Below are positions 49,831 through 61,193 of a stretch of DNA of 64,000 bases, one piece after another. Numbering within the stretch: the first letter of the stretch is position 1; the number at the start of each line of letters is the position of its first letter. Under the pieces are notes generated by a model, which had not been told where the DNA came from, ran no database searches, and worked only from the letters and a program-made list of their open reading frames with translations. The DNA is from Entomortierella parvispora E1425 (taxonomy: Eukaryota > Fungi > Mortierellomycota). Location: NCBI GenBank assembly GCA_020891255.1, contig BQFW01000007.1, forward strand, positions 806,001 to 870,000, in the 5' to 3' direction. The translations under genes were made by a program, and so were the position numbers.

Positions 49831-52800
49831 TTGTGTACATTGATAGTTTTGTTTTCGTTTCGTTTCTTTTTTTCTTCTTTTTCGTTGTCAGTGACCCCAT
49901 ACCATTTTTGTTTTGTTTGCATCCTAAGACGCCACAGTGTAATATAGATTTTTCTCTCTTCTTTTTCTCATCGCGATACAAATGTGTAAACATCGTCTGA
50001 AAGCTTGGAAGACTCGTGCGAAAGACTGTTTCTGTTTTTGTCCATGTGATGCCGAGTCTGCTTGATCCGGCCTAGTGAGGATCCACCATTGGGGCCAATG
50101 TGTGAGCGGGATGTGTCAAACTAAGAGGAATTGTTTGGTGACATTTGGTTAGGAAAAAAAAATAGCGTCCCCAAGAGCCTTTCGTGCATCGTGCATCGTT
50201 TCTATTATCAATGACTCAGCGATTGCTCAAGCCTGGTCCCATTTTTTTTATATCGCTCATCAGCAGACCCTAGCAGAACGATAAGCGTCAAGTCGATCTA
50301 TCTTCAAAAAGGAAACAGAAAGGCATTGGACCTTTTTTGCCTTCCCTCTTTGCCTGCAGTGCTGTGATGATTGGATATTAGGGTTGATCGATGCTCTTCC
50401 ATTGGCCAATTCTTGCGAACAAGCCCTTTTCTCAGGGACCCCTCCCCAATAGCTTCCTAATTTATTACCTTCATTATTAGCCGGAGGGTGATGCAGGGTT
50501 TGGACCGCAATGGATTTCATGCAGGGCGCCCAAGGAGAGCTGGAGCACCTTCATGGGAGCGAACTAAATAATATAGTGCCGGAAAGATAGCGGCCAAAAG
50601 TTTATTGCAATTTATTCTTTTTTCACAGATAGGCAAAAGGGTGTGGTGTGAACTTTAGGGTGTTTTCTGTCTCCGGCGTACATGCATGTAGGAGTTTGGA
50701 CTAGTACAGGGAATGGGGGCTTGACCAGGGATGAGCAGTACCAAAAGAGAAAGAAAAAAAAAAAATCGGCTGTTTTGTATTGCATTTAACTTTTCTCTTT
50801 CCCCGGGTGATCTCCTTCCACTGCATCTGTTTCTTGCTGTTCTTGAACCTCGCCTGGAGGTCATTCTGCAAGCTGTGCTTGAACATGCGGGACAGAGTCC
50901 AGTCAAGTTCAAAGGACGTGGCCGAGAAATGATGAAGGACAGAAAAGAGAGAGAAAAAGAAAACGCCAACAGCCCAGCCCAGTCCGCTTTTAGGAATTTG
51001 ATTCGTTGGTTGGTCCAGCTGGACACAGACTAACTCTAATAACCGAGGGTCTGATTTCCACTTTTTCATGGCCTTGATTGCACTGTTTGATAATTTGGGG
51101 GAGCGGTTTGTACAACCACCCAAGAGCAAAGAGCGGGGGGAAAAAAGCCATGAGAGCCGTCGTCGCCTTCCCCGAGCATTCACGAAAACGACAGGACGAC
51201 CAGAGATCATAAGAGAAGGAGTGAGAAAGAGAGAGAAAATTGATTGGTGAGCCAGGTTCGCACATGTTGGATGGGTGTGAAAGGGCGAGGGACGGTCAAT
51301 GGCAGTTCCAATTCACCCACCCTCGGAAGACCACGAGCTCTCAATTCTCGTGTGCAACGCGCCCTCCCCACTGCCGATTTGTTTTTGGTCTCTCTCCTCC
51401 ATGTTGCTTTACGCCCAGTCTTGCCCTGGCGAACAATTGGGTCCTGATTGTTCTTGTCCTTGTGGACTGACCTCCTTTTCGGCTGCTGATGCCGTTGTTT
51501 TCTTTTGTGCGTCTTGTCAAACCATTGGGGAAGGACATGGATTGTGTGCCATTTTGTTCTATTATTAAAAAAAATGAGGACGTCCATCTTGATTCTTTAT
51601 CTGGTCAAGGGTCCTCTCCTTTACTCGGGTTTGAGTGCGTGTCGAATTTTCTTTTTTCTTGATGCGGGTCCGTTAGCGTGACGCGGTTGGCTAATCGGGA
51701 AAGAGGCAGGTGAATGCCGGGGGCTAATTGAGCTGATTAGTTTGAAGTATGGGTCGTACTTGGGCCGAACATTTTCAAACGTAGAAAGAAAGAATACAGT
51801 GTAAGGGTCGGCCTATCAGACTATCAGAATGACATTGAACTAGTGATCTCATGCACCCTCACCCCTTTTGCACCTAGTCATTCGCCAAGTGCAGTAGCCT
51901 GGAAGTGGGTGTTGGACATGAGGTACAAAAGGAGTTGGCAAGTAAGGATGGCTGTTGCTTTTGGTCCATGTGAGAGTATACGCTAGTGTGTGTGTATCTG
52001 CTATTGTATGAGTGAGAGAGAAAAAGGTCATTGGAGACGTTTGATGACAGGATGGAGCTGCAATTGCAATCGTTCGATACATGTAACTCAATAGAAATGG
52101 TCAAGCTTCAGAACATCACTACTTTCACTAAAGCGGGGATTCAAACTCAGACGGCCGAGAGAACCATCTTGGCTCTTTGTCCACTGGCACAGGTACATGC
52201 GGTTGCCAGTTTGGAGAGGATTATAGGGTTGCTCTAACTCATTTGCTCGATCTCCCAGGCAAAAACGGATGGGAGCACCGAAAAAGGTGAGGAATGAAAG
52301 GCTCAGCGGCGCAAGGCAAAAAAAAAAAGGTTACAATCTGTCCCTGAATGAACCTGAAAAAAATCTCAGCCGTATCGTTTTGAATCTTGGGGTGGAGTCC
52401 CAGGGCTGGAATTTTTACCATTGACTTTGAACGCTCTTTTGGCTGTGTTGCTTGAACCTTTGAGGAGGGGCGAGAGGGCGTGAACCCGGAAAAAATAAAA
52501 GTTAAACAGAGCGGATATCCCTCAATTGAATAACCGGTGGACCCTTTATTGGCGGGGATGGTCCATTGACCCTTTAAACTGTTAGAACCTCCCAAACCAA
52601 GATACGAAAGAGGAAAAAGGTCGCTCTTCCTCGGATCACACACCCAATTTGCCTCGTTTTGGAGGTGAAGAACCTTCTTTGCCCCTGCACCTACAATGAG
52701 ATCGTACATGTACATGTACATGTACCCTTCCCCCTTCCTCCCCAGAGGTGAAAACCCCCTGGCACGTTTCCTTCACCTGGCCTCTTGCTTCATTTCCAAG

Positions 52801-53215
52801 TATTTTTTGATTGCCAGCCTCTTCTTGTTTTCTTCTTCTTTTTCTCCTCTTCTTGTCCATCTGTGAACCTTTTCCTCCCTCCCTCACACGTCCACTTCGT
52901 TCTTCTATTTTCCATTTCATATCACCATCACCCCACATCTTTGACGCTTCCATCCTCGCCTTTTTAAAAGCCTGCTATAACGACACTTGCAACACACTAT
53001 TTCCGCCCATTAATATTACGTCCCTCTTCCCCTGTTGATCCCAGCCTCTTTACTTATCAGTCATATACCCGAACACACCTTTTCTTTTCAACAGTTCCCC
53101 CTATCGCCTTATCCACAGAAACACATACTCTCTTCTCAGCCTTCTCCTTGCCATCGAATCACGACCTCGTTTCCACTTCCTTTTACTCGCTCACTAACGA
53201 CCCACCTTCACAACC

Positions 53216-55748
53216 ATGCAAAACAAGAACAAGAGCCACTTCTCGATCACAAAGGCACTCGTGCTGGTCAGCGTGTCCTTTATGATGCTGGCTGTTCTTC
53301 ACATCAGTTATTCTGACAACTATTCATACACTGGGACCACCGCATCCACCAGTAACTCCAACGCTGAAAGCGACACTTCTCTACCCCCTTCTTCCCACAT
53401 CGATCACTCTCTCGAAGATCCATACGTCCCCCTTCCATCCAAAACCCATCAAGAACCTATCGTCGACGACCAAACTGAAAAGGATAGTTACCCTGGTAAG
53501 GTCGAAATGCCCAAGACTGAGCCCAAGACCAAGCCCAAGACCGAGCCCGACCCTGCACAACCTCCCAAGGTCGACACCACTCCAAAAAAGACTGAGGAGG
53601 ACAAGAAGAATAGTGAAACGATCCTCTCTGACTCCTCCATAACCACAACGGTTCGGTTTGAGAATGGAACACAATACAAGACTTTCAAGCCCGAGTTCTT
53701 CAAACATCCCGAGGAGGCCAAGAAGGAGTTGGGATCCTTTTTACAGACGCTGGCTACTCGATCCTGGTGGATTCAAGAACGACTCGGTGGAGAGAGCGAT
53801 GGCACTGACGCCACTGATGACACGACACCCCCCACGAATAATGACGAGACGGACGAGGAAGATGATGAGGAGGAGGATGACGAACGCGATGAGAAGGACA
53901 AGTCCACTCAAGTCCCCGGTCGATTCTTTGGTTACCTGCCCATGGGCGGTGGCAACAATCAGTTCACATCCTTGCAAAAAGCGGCTGTTCTTGCCAAGGA
54001 TCTTAACCGTACCTTGGTCCTGCCGCCCATCAGCCCTAATTCACACATCCGAGTAAGTTGCTTTTGTTGATTTTTTTTTTTTTTTTTTTTTTTTTTTGGC
54101 ATCAGACAAACACTCTTTTGTTATTTTGTGTGTGTGTGTGTGGATCCCCGTTTGGAAGGAGAGCATAGGTGACAATGTTGGAGGGATGGTTATTTTTGGC
54201 CGCACGAGTTTGCCGATGGTCATCTAGCAATCGGAAGTGATTCCTTGGATTTTGGCGTTTTTTTTTTTCTTTGTGTAAATTATAGAGTAAGTTCAACAGG
54301 GCCTGTTGAAAATAGTTGGTGCCAAACTATTCCGGGGGGATGCGATGCGGGATGGTGCACTTGACATGTGTGGCGTCAGTCACCCAATAAGGAGGGCAAA
54401 GAATGATGATGGGAACTGAGCAGTGCCGTTTTGGTCCCGAGGGCTGAGAGAGTAAAAGTGAAGGGGGGCACTTCAGGCCAATAACTGCGTGGCGCTTGCA
54501 GTGCCCCCTCGGTAATAATTGATTTCGAGCTCCTGGGTCTGGGGACTCTGACCCTCATTTTTTGGTCGACGCCCAACACGCTCTCCGATTATCGCTCTCC
54601 ATGGTCAATGCTCGTCTTTTTTTTTTGGCCACCATTCTCTTTTATCTTGATCACATGACTCACCCTTAATTTCCCTCTACTTTTTCTAGACATGGGCTGG
54701 CCCCAGATACTCCCAGTTTTACGACCTGGACACTTTCATGACCTCCTCCAAGATCCCTGTGATTGAATGGCACGATATCAAACAAACACCCGAGACCGTC
54801 CCTGGCGATTTCAGTCATCACTGGCCCGAGTTCGCCGAGGATTTCCCTTGTACACCCAATGGCAAGATTGGGGTCAACGATCACTCGCTCTTTGACAAGT
54901 TCCGACTCCAGTTCCTTTTCAACTACCGTCCCGTCTTCTCCAAGGCAGATACCACCCACGGTAAATCCACCGATTACAAGTATGCGCGCGATGTCCTGCT
55001 GAAGGATGACGAGCCTTCGACTGAAACAACTACCCCCGCCGTGGTGGGAGAGACCGATCCCAACCTTTGGAAGTGCTTGTCCTGCCCTTACTTCTTGGGT
55101 GGGTCCGACTTGGGCGCCCGAACGTGGAAGGAGGTCGGTGTCCATTTGCGGTTCAACGACAAGACCGAGGCCATGGTGGACGATATTTTGGACACCCTGT
55201 TGGGACCCAAGATCAACGAGGATGGATCTGTGGTACCGCCTAGCACGAGGACGTTCCGCCCTCATCCCGAATTTATCATTATTCACCTCCGTCGAGGCGA
55301 TATTGTCTCCAAGTGCCCTGCCAGCAAGACGGAGGAAGAATGCATTGTCCAGATCGAGGCCATTGCCAAAAGGGTTGAGAACATTGAGAGGCAACGTAAG
55401 GCTCAGGCAGAGAAGCAGAATCGATTGGCGACTTACAAGGCCCTTCCCGTGCTTGTTACAACGAACGAACAAAGAGAGAGTGAGCTAGAGAAGTTGTACA
55501 AGCTGGGATGGATTCTTTTGGACCACGGTGATGAAGAAAAGGATCCCAAGACAGGTCTGATCAAGGGTGGAGGCAAGACCAAGAAGTTGGGGACCGAGTC
55601 GCGGTTAGGACCCTGGTACCCTTCGATGTTGGACGCGGTGTTGTTGACAAGGGGTGACTACCTAATTGGCATGTCTGTTTCGAGGATGAGTATCCTGGCC
55701 ACACAACGCGGCAAGGCATGGCACGGGCACACGACCATGTTGATGTAA
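53216..55748 (+). CDS. Type II membrane GDP-fucose-dependent fucosyltransferase-like protein (O-FucT/GT-B clan), ~631 aa
   Basis: N-terminal TM anchor and stem. Exons 53216-54052 and 54690-55748. Motifs YLPMGGGNNQFTSLQKAAVLAKDLNRTLVLPP, IHLRRGD, VLVTTN and LDAVLL..GDYLIG...S.MS. Confidence 0.8.
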
Positions 55749-56299
55749 AAAAAGCAACATAACATGAACAACAAACAACGGACAAAAAACAAATGAAATC
55801 GACTAGACGGCCCCCCTGCCTTCCCCCTTTGCATAGACATACACTCATAATTGCACTCCCTCACTTGACAATCTCATACCCCTGCCCCTACCCCACCCTT
55901 CCCTTTCCTGTATCAAATCAAAACAATGAACTTTTTTTTCATGATCCAATGAGTTGCCCCCTTTTCCTTTTCGACTCTGATCCTTCAGCCTAACTCTCAA
56001 TTGCTGGAAAAAAAAAAGTGAGAGGGAAGGACAGCCCACTGCTGTTGTGGCCGTGCGAAAAGCTCATTATTTTGCGATCGAGCGCAGAGAGGGCAGCGTA
56101 GCGCACACGCACACGCACACAGCCAAGGACGACGACAACAACAAGCACTGTCATTGCTACAGAGAGCAACGACAGAGCCAAGAAGGAGCAGAGCAAGACA
56201 AGACAAGAGAGCAGAAGGACAGGAAGGAAGAAGAATAGAAGAAAAGAAGAAACGAAGAGAGAACAGAGAAAGCAGGACAGACAGCGACGACCGGGCTCG

Positions 56300-56715
56300 C
56301 ATGCGCATTCACCGCATTCACCGCACTCAGCGCACTGAGACAGAGACAGAGACCGACAGTCCACAGTCCAGTCCAGTCCAGTCCAGTCCAGTCCAGGGAG
56401 ACAGTCAGTCTTCTTCCCTCCCTTTCCTGTGCCTTCTTTTCCCTCTTCCCTTCTTCGTCCCTTTCGTCCCTTTCGTCCCTTCGTCCTTTGCTCCATCTCT
56501 CTTCTCTCTTCTCTTCTCTGTCATTCAAGCACTAATTCCTCTTCCTCTTCCTCTTCCTCTTCCTCTTCCTCTTCTTGTTTCTTGATACCCTCTCCTTCTC
56601 CCTCCCTCCCCCCTCCCTCCCTCTGTTACCGCTTTGCACATCTCCCCGTCCCTGTATTCTCTCTCATTCCTAGAATCCATCCCTTCCTTCCTTCCTTCCT
56701 TCCTTCCTTCCTTAC
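56300..56715. repeat. Cluster of short tandem repeats upstream of 56737
   Basis: (CGCATTCAC)-like x4, (GAGACA)n, (CAGTC)6, (CCTTTCGTC)-like x4, (CTCTTC)6, (CCCT)n and (CCTT)n. Confidence 0.85.
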
Positions 56716-56736
56716 TTCTCATCATTCACACAGCCA

Positions 56737-58480
56737 ATGGCCTTCAACCCTGCCCCCACAGACGGACAGGATCACTGTGGGAGAAATGGCTGCCCCAACG
56801 GCCAGACCTGCTTCCTCTACAGCGGAGGCACCACCTGCCAGCCATTCAACCCTCCCACCACATACCCTGCCACCGGGGCCGATGCCAGTGTTGTCAGTCC
56901 CCCATCCTGGTACCTGTTTGGCTCCTATCCTTCTGTCCGTTACACGGGCTCACTGCAGAACCAGACCCTGAATGCTGCCTGCACCACGATCCCTGTGCCG
57001 CCTAATCAACTCTACTTCAGCCTGGTGGACTTCATTGTCAAGAACGACTTGGGCGGCTTCTACACCCCTCAGCTGGACGAACAGTTTTCCTCGACCCTGG
57101 TCCAGTACCGGGGCAACTGCGCCGAGAACTTTTATTGCCAACCCACAGTGCCTGTCAACACCACAAAGTCCGACTATTCAACCGGTCAAGCCAGTGTTGC
57201 AGGACAACTCCCAGGAACCTGCCAGCCTGTTCGGGCTCCAGGGGCACCTTGTCTGAGCTCCACCATGTGCGCAGGGTGGCATGTGAGCTCAGACGGAAGT
57301 TACGACAACAATCAATATAGATGTGGGCCAACGACCCCCCCACCGGCCAACTTTTCGACCTCTCCTTCAGGGATATGCCTGGACATCAATGCTGGAAAGG
57401 GCAATGTCAACACAAACTACCCTTCAGGCGTGCAAAGAACAGCCAGGACATACCTGTTGTCAACCTTGTTGCTGTTCTGCCTGATCTTTTTGTACTTATG
57501 GTACAGGCGGATGAAGATACGTCAACGTCAACAGGCCATGCAGGCGGAATATGGAGGAGAGCCGTTCGACAACACACTTGTGTATGCAAGCCGAGGAGGG
57601 GTCAATCGTCAACCAGGTAAGAGACACAAGATAACAAAAACATGCCTTTTTAGAATGGGGTTGAGACAAAGCGGACGAACCAGAGGTCTCGGTTGATTGT
57701 CTTCCGAGGGACGGGCTATGATGGCTTGTTCCTGACTCTACTCCTGTTGGTCAATTGAGCAAAGCCATACAATGCAGGGGAAACAGACTAACACCGATAC
57801 TATTTGTAGATGAAAACGACAATGGCGAGTTGCCAGCATACGGAAACCATCGCAGGGACGAACGGGTCACTGGACCAGCAGCAGAGGAGATCGGCATGTA
57901 CTCTTTCAGGACCAACAATATCGTTGCTCCTCCTCCACTTTCACCTCCACCCCCTGCAGGCGCATACCCTCCCCCTTCAACGGCAGACGGACCCGTTCAA
58001 CACAATTACTCGTTCCCAATGTCACATCCCAGCTTGACCAACAATGTGTTTTCAAGTCCACCTGCAGGAAATGGTCTCTATGCTCCACCACCGTCTTCCC
58101 CACCACCCCTGCATCAAACTGCAGAAGAGGCGCGGGCGGCAGCAATCGCAGCCGCAGCCGCAGCTGCTGTTGCTACCCCTCGACCTACATCTGCTACTCC
58201 AGTAGACGAGTCTACAAGCAATCTTCAAGCCGGTGGATTGCTGCCTCCCTCATATGACTCCACAGTGCCTGAAGGCTCAAGGAGAGGACTGAATGGAGAT
58301 GAAAAGGATCAATATCCGTTTGAGTCTCGCGAAGATACAGGATCATCGTCACCCTACAAAGACGAGGACTCGAAGGAACAGTTGCCGGCTTCGTCTTCAT
58401 CTTCGACCCATGGCTCTGGATCTGGGTCATCTAGCTCTGGCGTACCGCCACCTTCATCCGACACACCCAAGGAACATTGA
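56737..58480 (+). CDS. Uncharacterised single-pass membrane protein with a 12-Cys N-terminal domain and Pro-rich cytosolic tail, ~516 aa
   Basis: Exons 56737-57616 and 57810-58480, phase consistent. TM YLLSTLLLFCLIFLYLWY followed by RRMKIRQR. Confidence 0.8.
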
Positions 58481-59002
58481 GATGTTAAATAGGTGGAGAA
58501 AGTGAAACTAGGGGTAGTGCATCTATGAATTTCCATCTTGACAAATAATAGGGCCATCTACTGCATCTAATACCATTGCCGTTCATTTACTTGTTGGATG
58601 GCCGTGTTTCTTGTGTATGTTGGTTTCTTCTCAGCTAATATGTGTGTCCAACGCTTCATGGACCTGGACCATTGATCACAAGAGTTTATCTACAGTGACG
58701 ATCGAGAGGTCGATGGTGGAACGTCTTGCAGTCTGCTGTCATCTCGCTTTTTTTTATTTGATTCCCAACGGTTGGGCACGTGTGCTTCTCTCTTTCTTAT
58801 CCTTGCATCCATCGCTCAAAACTTTGGTCGTACAACATGGTCAACATGCATATCTCTGTCTCTTTTATTGTCGTTGGGAAGGGCGCGGGGCCTGGGAGAA
58901 AGGAGCACCCAGGCGTTGTGATGCAAGCGTCTCTCATTCCATTCAAGCCATTCTTCCATTCATTCCATTCCTGGCTTTAGCAAAAACCCTTCAAGCTTCA
59001 TA

Positions 59003-61020
59003 ATGACCGATCATACCCCACGAAAGTCTCCAGGGGCATGTCCTGAGGTTATTATTGTTGGTGCGGGTCTTGGCGGTCTGACCCTAGGACTTTTGCTTGA
59101 GGAAGCCGGTGTACCTTACAGGATCTTGGAACGCGCTTCAAAAGTCAAGCCCCTGGGTAAGAAAACGGAGAGACAACCAATACACTGCCCCGATCTGCCA
59201 TTTTATTGCTTCTAACTTCCATCCTCGAAATTGCTCAGGGTCAGCACTCTCTGTAGGCGCAATGCTCATGCCACTGTTTCGTCAGCTCGGCGTATACGAC
59301 GAGGTTGTTGCCGCCGGCAAACCCATTGGCGTTATTGGGATGCATGACGACCATTGTAATCTCCTCTTTGAAGCCGACTTGGAACCACGGCGAGTATTGT
59401 AAGAAGCAACCGCCATCGGATGGAATACAGAGACCAGATCGACAGACCCTAGACTTTTTCTAACGCGATCATGTTCTTTTTTTAATTGCCGGGCGTTACC
59501 ACTAGTGGAGGCTATGACAGCTTTATCATCCCGCGACCACTTCTCTACGACATCCTTTATAAACGCATACCCAAGGAAAAAATCTTGCACAACAAGCGTG
59601 TTTTGACCATGATCAACGGCGAAAGGGGCGTTCGAGTCGAATGCACAGACGGTTCGTTCTATGAGGGCTCAATCCTTGTCGGAGCTGATGGTGCGTATTC
59701 CCCGACACGACAAGGGATGTTCAAACAACTGCAGCGAAGCAACAAGCTGCCCGCCTCAGATGGCGAACCATTACCCTACAACTGCATCTGTCTGGTGGGT
59801 CAGTCTGAGACCCTGGATCCAGAAGAGTACCCTTCGCTCAAGGAACCGAAATGTATTTTCAACAACATGAACAGCACCGATCCTGAAAAGCCGTACTGCG
59901 TAAGAAATCATAGGAAAGCCAACTTGTCTTTCGTTTATAAAGCACAATGCCAAGGTTACTCATTCACAAATCTCGACGGGATGCCATTCATAGTGGGCTA
60001 CGTTTACGACAAGACAAAACACAATCTGCTGGATGGTCCTTCAATATTTGACAAACTCTACCAGCAAGGAACACGACACATTTCGCAACTCTGAGTGGGG
60101 ACCAGAGGCTGCCATGTCCATGAGTGAACAAGTTCGGGAGTTTCCTGTGGTCATTGGCAAGGGCAAAATTTCGTCCCTTGGAGATCTCTTTGACCGCACG
60201 CCCAAGGATCTGATTTCGAAGGTGGTTTTGGAAGAAAAAGTGTTTAAAACGTGGTACTCTGGAAGAACCGTCCTTATTGGTGATGGTAGGTACCACAGTT
60301 CGTTTTTGAAGGGCAGTCATCCCATGTCGGTACGAGTTGACTCATGCTGGCGTTTTTTCCCCTTTTTTTTTCTCTCCCATGGTTTGTTCGCGTCCTTCAG
60401 CATGCCACAAAGTAAGAAAAGAATTGCTGAGCCGAGATGTTGAAGGGATCTCATGTATGCCAGTTGATGGTATCCTAAAAAAGCGAGGGATATATTCCAT
60501 TTTCTTTGATAGGTAAGTCCAACAGGAGGAGCTGGCGCTCAATCTGCGATGCAAGACGCACTCTGTCTTGCAAATTGGATCAACGTGTTGCCATCCAACA
60601 CGATCGAGGACACTGAAAGGATTTTTAAGGAGTACCACTCTGAACGATACGCCGTTGTCATGGATGCCTATCGATCAAGTCAACTCTTTGCTGCAAATGG
60701 AGAAAAGGTATTGTAAAGCCAGAGCAGGACTCTTTCTCGTGAAAATATGACTTAGTGGACAATTTCAATGCTAATTCTCCGCTTGTTTGTTTATTGATTC
60801 GTAGAATTGGAAAGGCGCCATTGTCCGGACCTTTTTTAATAATATCCCAAGATGGCTGTGGTTGGTTCTACTTAGAAAGATGGTTCAAAGTCGTCCACAA
60901 GCATCGTTTTTACCTGCGGTGCAAGACACGGGATCGTCGCCACCTATTCCTCAGCCAAGCTTTGTCAAGACACGGGCCATCTTGGACCAGTTTGCCATTG
61001 ATGGGGTCATTGTCTTGTAG
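59003..61020 (+). CDS. FAD-dependent monooxygenase (group A, FAD_binding_3), 7 exons
   Basis: VIIVGAGLGGL (Rossmann), LVGADGAYS (DG motif), TWYSGRTVLIGD|ACHK|VSPTGGAGAQSAMQDA (GD motif). Exons approximately 59003-59156, 59239-59399, 59505-59899, 59993-60287, 60401-60411, 60513-60707 and 60805-61020. Confidence 0.9.
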
Positions 61021-61193
61021 ATAGAATGTAGATATCTGATATTTGTCCTTCACGATTGTCCAAATATAAAAGTCAGTCGGCTTCACAGGTGGAAGGTCCT
61101 TTCATTTGTTTTTTCTTTCTGATTTGTTTTTGTTTTTGTTTTTGTCATAAATGACACCGCTGATGCAAAGAGAGAGATGTGTGGAAAAAAACT

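Noticed and set aside
52125-52190. T-arm-like GAGTTTGAATCCCC on the minus strand (tRNA or tRNA-Sec candidate)
   Set aside because: No acceptor stem, D-arm or anticodon arm can be built; the T-loop deviates from GTTCRA.
54666-55472. 268-aa minus-strand ORF
   Set aside because: Antisense shadow of the fucosyltransferase-like exon 2.
59003-61020. Fragmented ORFs suggesting a monooxygenase pseudogene
   Set aside because: All fragments join in frame through canonical introns once the 11-nt micro-exon is included.
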